A stretch of 28,169 nt of DNA, taken from an uncultured Clostridia bacterium (GTDB lineage Bacteria > Bacillota > Clostridia > TANB77 > CAG-508). The stretch lies in assembly GCA_947626705.1 (NCBI GenBank), contig CANQTJ010000001.1, positions 1-28,169 on the forward strand, in the 5' to 3' direction. The notes under the pieces were generated by a model, which saw only the letters and a program-made list of their open reading frames with translations, was not told the origin of the DNA and made no database searches. Both the position numbers and the translations under genes were made by a program. Below, piece after piece: positions 25,368 to 28,169 of this stretch; positions within the stretch are counted from its first letter, which is position 1, and every line of letters begins with the position of its first letter.

Positions 25368-27470
25368 ATGAAAAATACTATATTTTATAAAATAATATTT
25401 ATATTAACAATATTAATTTTGTTATCTTGTAATTTGTCATTTGCGTTAGAAAATATAATTAATAAGGAAACAAATAATAATGAAATGTATACTAAAAATG
25501 ATAACGAAATATCTGTTAAATATGAATATAATGAAAAAACTAATCAAGTAGTAGCAAAAATAATTTCTAAAATAAAACTAAAAAATACAAAACCATCATG
25601 GAAGTTAAGCACAGATGGACTAACATATACAAAAACATTTTCAGAAAATACAACATATAGTACACCAGTAGAAGATATAAATGGAGTTATAACAAATGTT
25701 GATATAAAAATTACACAAATAAAAGTATTTAATATAAATATTGAATACGAATATAATAATAGTAAAACTCAAGTAATAGCAAAAATTATTTCAAATATAA
25801 AATTAAAAAATACAAAACCATCATGGAAACTAAGTGCAGATGGACTAACATATACAAAAACATTTACAGAAAATACAATTTATTCAACACCAGTAGAAGA
25901 TATATATGGAAATACATTAACAGCTAATATAAAAATAAATGGAATAAAACAACAAAAAGCAACATTAAATATAAAAAAAATATATGATGGTTCAACAAAT
26001 ACAGTATCAGCACAAATAATCTCTGATGTTCCATTAAAGAATACAAAACCATCATGGAAATTAAGTGCAGATGGACTAACATATACAAAAACTTTTGCTC
26101 AAAATACAGTTTATTCAACACCAGTAGAAGATATATATGGAAATATCATAAATGTAAAAATAGAAATTGTAGAAATAAGAAGTGCCAAAGTTACAATGGA
26201 TTATATTTATGATGAAAAAACAAATAGTGTAACTGCTAAAATAATATCAGACATAAAATTAAAAAATACAAAGCCATCATGGAAGTTAAGTTCAGACTCA
26301 TTAACATATACAAAAGTATTTGCAGAAAATACAACTTATTCTACACCAGTAGAAGACATTTATGGAAATGTAATAAATGTTACTATAAAAATAGAAAATA
26401 TAGATATAACACCACCTGAAATAACAGTAGAATATATATATAATGATGATGATACTGTTACAGTATATATGAAATCAAATGAAAAATTATCAAATACAAA
26501 ACCATCATGGAAATTAAGTCAAAATCAATTAGTATATGAAAAAACGTTTACTATAGACCAAAATTATATAACACCTGTTGCTGATTTACATGGAGTTGAA
26601 ACAAATGTAAAAATTGAGTTTAAAAATAGAAAATTTACATATAAACAAGATGATAATTCTACAATAAAAGTGAGATATTTATATATAGGACGTACAAAAG
26701 CTATAGTAGATATTATATCATCAGTAAAAATAGCAGACACAAAACCATCATGGAAATTAAGTGCAGATGGTTATAAATATACAAAAACATTTTATGATAA
26801 TAATATATACACAACACCTATTCAAGATATTAATGGCGTAACTAAAAATGTAAATGTAATTGTAAATTTATTTGATAATTATTTAACAGGAATAGATGTT
26901 TCAGCTCATCAAGGAAAAATAAATTGGGCAGAAGTTAAAAATTCAGGAATTGACTTTGCTATAATTAGATGTGGATATGGACAAGATATTCCATCACAAG
27001 ATGATACATTTTTTGCGAGAAATATAGCAGAATGTGAAAGATTAGGAATACCTTATGGAATTTATCTATATTCTTATGCATTAACAGAAAATGATGCATA
27101 TTCAGAAGCAGACCATGTATTAAGACTTATAAAAGGACATAATCCAACATTTGGAATATGGATAGATATAGAAGACGCTGATGGATATAAAACAAGATAT
27201 GGAATGCCATCAAATGAAACTTTAACAAATATAGCTTCAATATTCTGTGATAAAATAATGCAAAATGGATATAAAGCAGGAATATATGCTAGTTGTTCAT
27301 GGTTTTCAAATCAATTAAGCAGTCCAAAATTAGATAATTATAATAAATGGATAGCTCAATGGAATAGCTGTTGTACATACAATAAAAAATATGTAATGTG
27401 GCAATATACATCTAAAGGTAAAGTTAATGGAATTTTAACAGATGTAGATACAGATATTTATTATAAATAA
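25368..27470 (+). CDS. Secreted repeat-stalk protein with C-terminal GH25 muramidase (lysozyme) domain
   Basis: RBS AGGAGG; signal peptide (...NLSFA|L); six repeats; GIDVS (D510), IIRCGYG, YLYSY, WIDIED (D600,E602), WIAQW, WQYTSKG...VDTD. Confidence 0.9.
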   Translation: MKNTIFYKIIFILTILILLSCNLSFALENIINKETNNNEMYTKNDNEISVKYEYNEKTNQVVAKIISKIKLKNTKPSWKLSTDGLTYTKTFSENTTYSTPVEDINGVITNVDIKITQIKVFNINIEYEYNNSKTQVIAKIISNIKLKNTKPSWKLSADGLTYTKTFTENTIYSTPVEDIYGNTLTANIKINGIKQQKATLNIKKIYDGSTNTVSAQIISDVPLKNTKPSWKLSADGLTYTKTFAQNTVYSTPVEDIYGNIINVKIEIVEIRSAKVTMDYIYDEKTNSVTAKIISDIKLKNTKPSWKLSSDSLTYTKVFAENTTYSTPVEDIYGNVINVTIKIENIDITPPEITVEYIYNDDDTVTVYMKSNEKLSNTKPSWKLSQNQLVYEKTFTIDQNYITPVADLHGVETNVKIEFKNRKFTYKQDDNSTIKVRYLYIGRTKAIVDIISSVKIADTKPSWKLSADGYKYTKTFYDNNIYTTPIQDINGVTKNVNVIVNLFDNYLTGIDVSAHQGKINWAEVKNSGIDFAIIRCGYGQDIPSQDDTFFARNIAECERLGIPYGIYLYSYALTENDAYSEADHVLRLIKGHNPTFGIWIDIEDADGYKTRYGMPSNETLTNIASIFCDKIMQNGYKAGIYASCSWFSNQLSSPKLDNYNKWIAQWNSCCTYNKKYVMWQYTSKGKVNGILTDVDTDIYYK
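25510..26880 (+). repeat. Six intragenic ~225-bp repeats homologous to those of 22186..24435
   Basis: TKPSW codons begin at 25587, 25812, 26043, 26268, 26496, 26739 (spacings 225, 231, 225, 228, 243). Confidence 0.95.
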
Positions 27471-27495
27471 ATGCAAAAGGGAGATATAGAATAAT

Positions 27496-28169
27496 ATGGA
27501 AAACAAAAAAGTAACATTAGTTATACCAATGTATTACGAAGAAAAAGTAGTAGAAGAATGTTATACAAGAGTAAAAGAAAATTTAAATAAATTAAAAAAT
27601 TATGAACATGAAATAATTTTTGTAAATGATGGAAGCAAAGATAAAACATTAGAATTATTAGAAGAAATAGCTGAAAAAGATAAAACAGTAAAAATAATTT
27701 CTTTTTCAAGAAACTTTGGTCATCAAGCAGCAGTGACTGCTGGACTTCAATATACTACAGGTGATGCAATTATAATAATGGATGCTGACCTTCAAGATCC
27801 TCCTGAGTTAATACCAGATATGTTAAAATTATGGGAAGATGGAAATGAAGTAATTTATGGAAAAAGAAAATCAAGAGAAGGAGAAAGTGCATTTAAATTA
27901 TTTACAGCAAAAATGTTTTATAAAACATTAAATGCACTTTCAGATGTTGAAATACCACGAGATACTGGAGATTTTAGATTAGTAGATAAAAAAGTAGTAG
28001 ATACAATAAATTCTCTACCAGAGCATAACAAATTTTTAAGAGGATTATTTAGCTGGGTAGGATATAAACAAATCCCATTTGAATATGAAAGAAAAGAAAG
28101 ATTTGCTGGAAAAACTAAATATCCTTTTAAAAAGATGATTAAATTAGCATCAGATGGAATTATAAGTTT
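27496..28169 (+). CDS. GtrB/YkoT-like GT2 undecaprenyl-phosphate glycosyltransferase, 3'-truncated by the window edge
   Basis: RBS AAGGGAG; VIPMYYEE, VNDGSKD, SRNFGHQAA, MDADLQDPP, DTGDFRL, R.AG.TKY. Absent from the ORF track because it has no stop in the window. Confidence 0.92.
   Translation, partial: MENKKVTLVIPMYYEEKVVEECYTRVKENLNKLKNYEHEIIFVNDGSKDKTLELLEEIAEKDKTVKIISFSRNFGHQAAVTAGLQYTTGDAIIIMDADLQDPPELIPDMLKLWEDGNEVIYGKRKSREGESAFKLFTAKMFYKTLNALSDVEIPRDTGDFRLVDKKVVDTINSLPEHNKFLRGLFSWVGYKQIPFEYERKERFAGKTKYPFKKMIKLASDGIIS

Noticed and set aside
25368-25450. Lipobox (LLSC) in the GH25 protein
   Set aside because: Imperfect lipobox; the paralog has no Cys at that position and both have an SxA signal peptidase I site just downstream.
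25368-27470. Prophage endolysin interpretation of the GH25 gene
   Set aside because: It has a Sec signal peptide and a chromosomal paralog, and there is no holin or other phage gene nearby.
774-27496. Long SD-to-start spacing (10-12 nt after AAGGA) in many genes as a special translation feature
   Set aside because: Once aligned to the full anti-SD the spacing is about 7-10 nt, within the normal Firmicute range.
1929-27709. All minus-strand ORFs in the track, and the nested + strand ORF 4220..4462
   Set aside because: They overlap well-supported + strand genes, are low-complexity F/L/I/Y-rich shadows of AT-rich coding DNA, and have no RBS or motifs.

Overview
A very AT-rich window from a low-GC Firmicute (Clostridia-like; taxon inferred from composition, RBS/promoter style and gene content). 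Every gene I can support lies on the + strand. In order: (1) two tandem acetate kinase paralogs (the first cut by the window edge) and a GT2 glycosyltransferase; (2) a small two-gene islet: an unknown 91-aa protein plus a DUF4160-like gene broken by one extra base at an in-frame CGG; (3) a terminator and a perfect TTGACA-N17-TATAAT promoter opening an ~18-kb ABC-transporter-dependent surface-glycan locus. The locus holds wzm, GT2, wzt with a C-terminal carbohydrate-binding domain and an N-terminal 15-bp tandem repeat, an 887-aa multidomain putative chain-capping protein, GT2/GT4 polymerase-type enzymes, three GT-C-like membrane proteins, a GacI/GacJ-like pair and an SMR/EamA-like protein; (4) two paralogous secreted proteins that share a six-unit ~75-aa repeat stalk but carry different peptidoglycan-hydrolase heads (M14 Zn-peptidase vs GH25 muramidase), flanking an unknown membrane-anchored protein; (5) a GtrB-like GT2 cut by the right edge. 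No rRNA, tRNA, CRISPR array or transposase was seen. The most interesting items are the 887-aa protein (NDK-like + nucleotidyltransferase + degenerate methyltransferase + kinase + coiled coil) and the head-swapped, repeat-stalked hydrolase pair. All family assignments come from motifs recognised by eye, not database searches.
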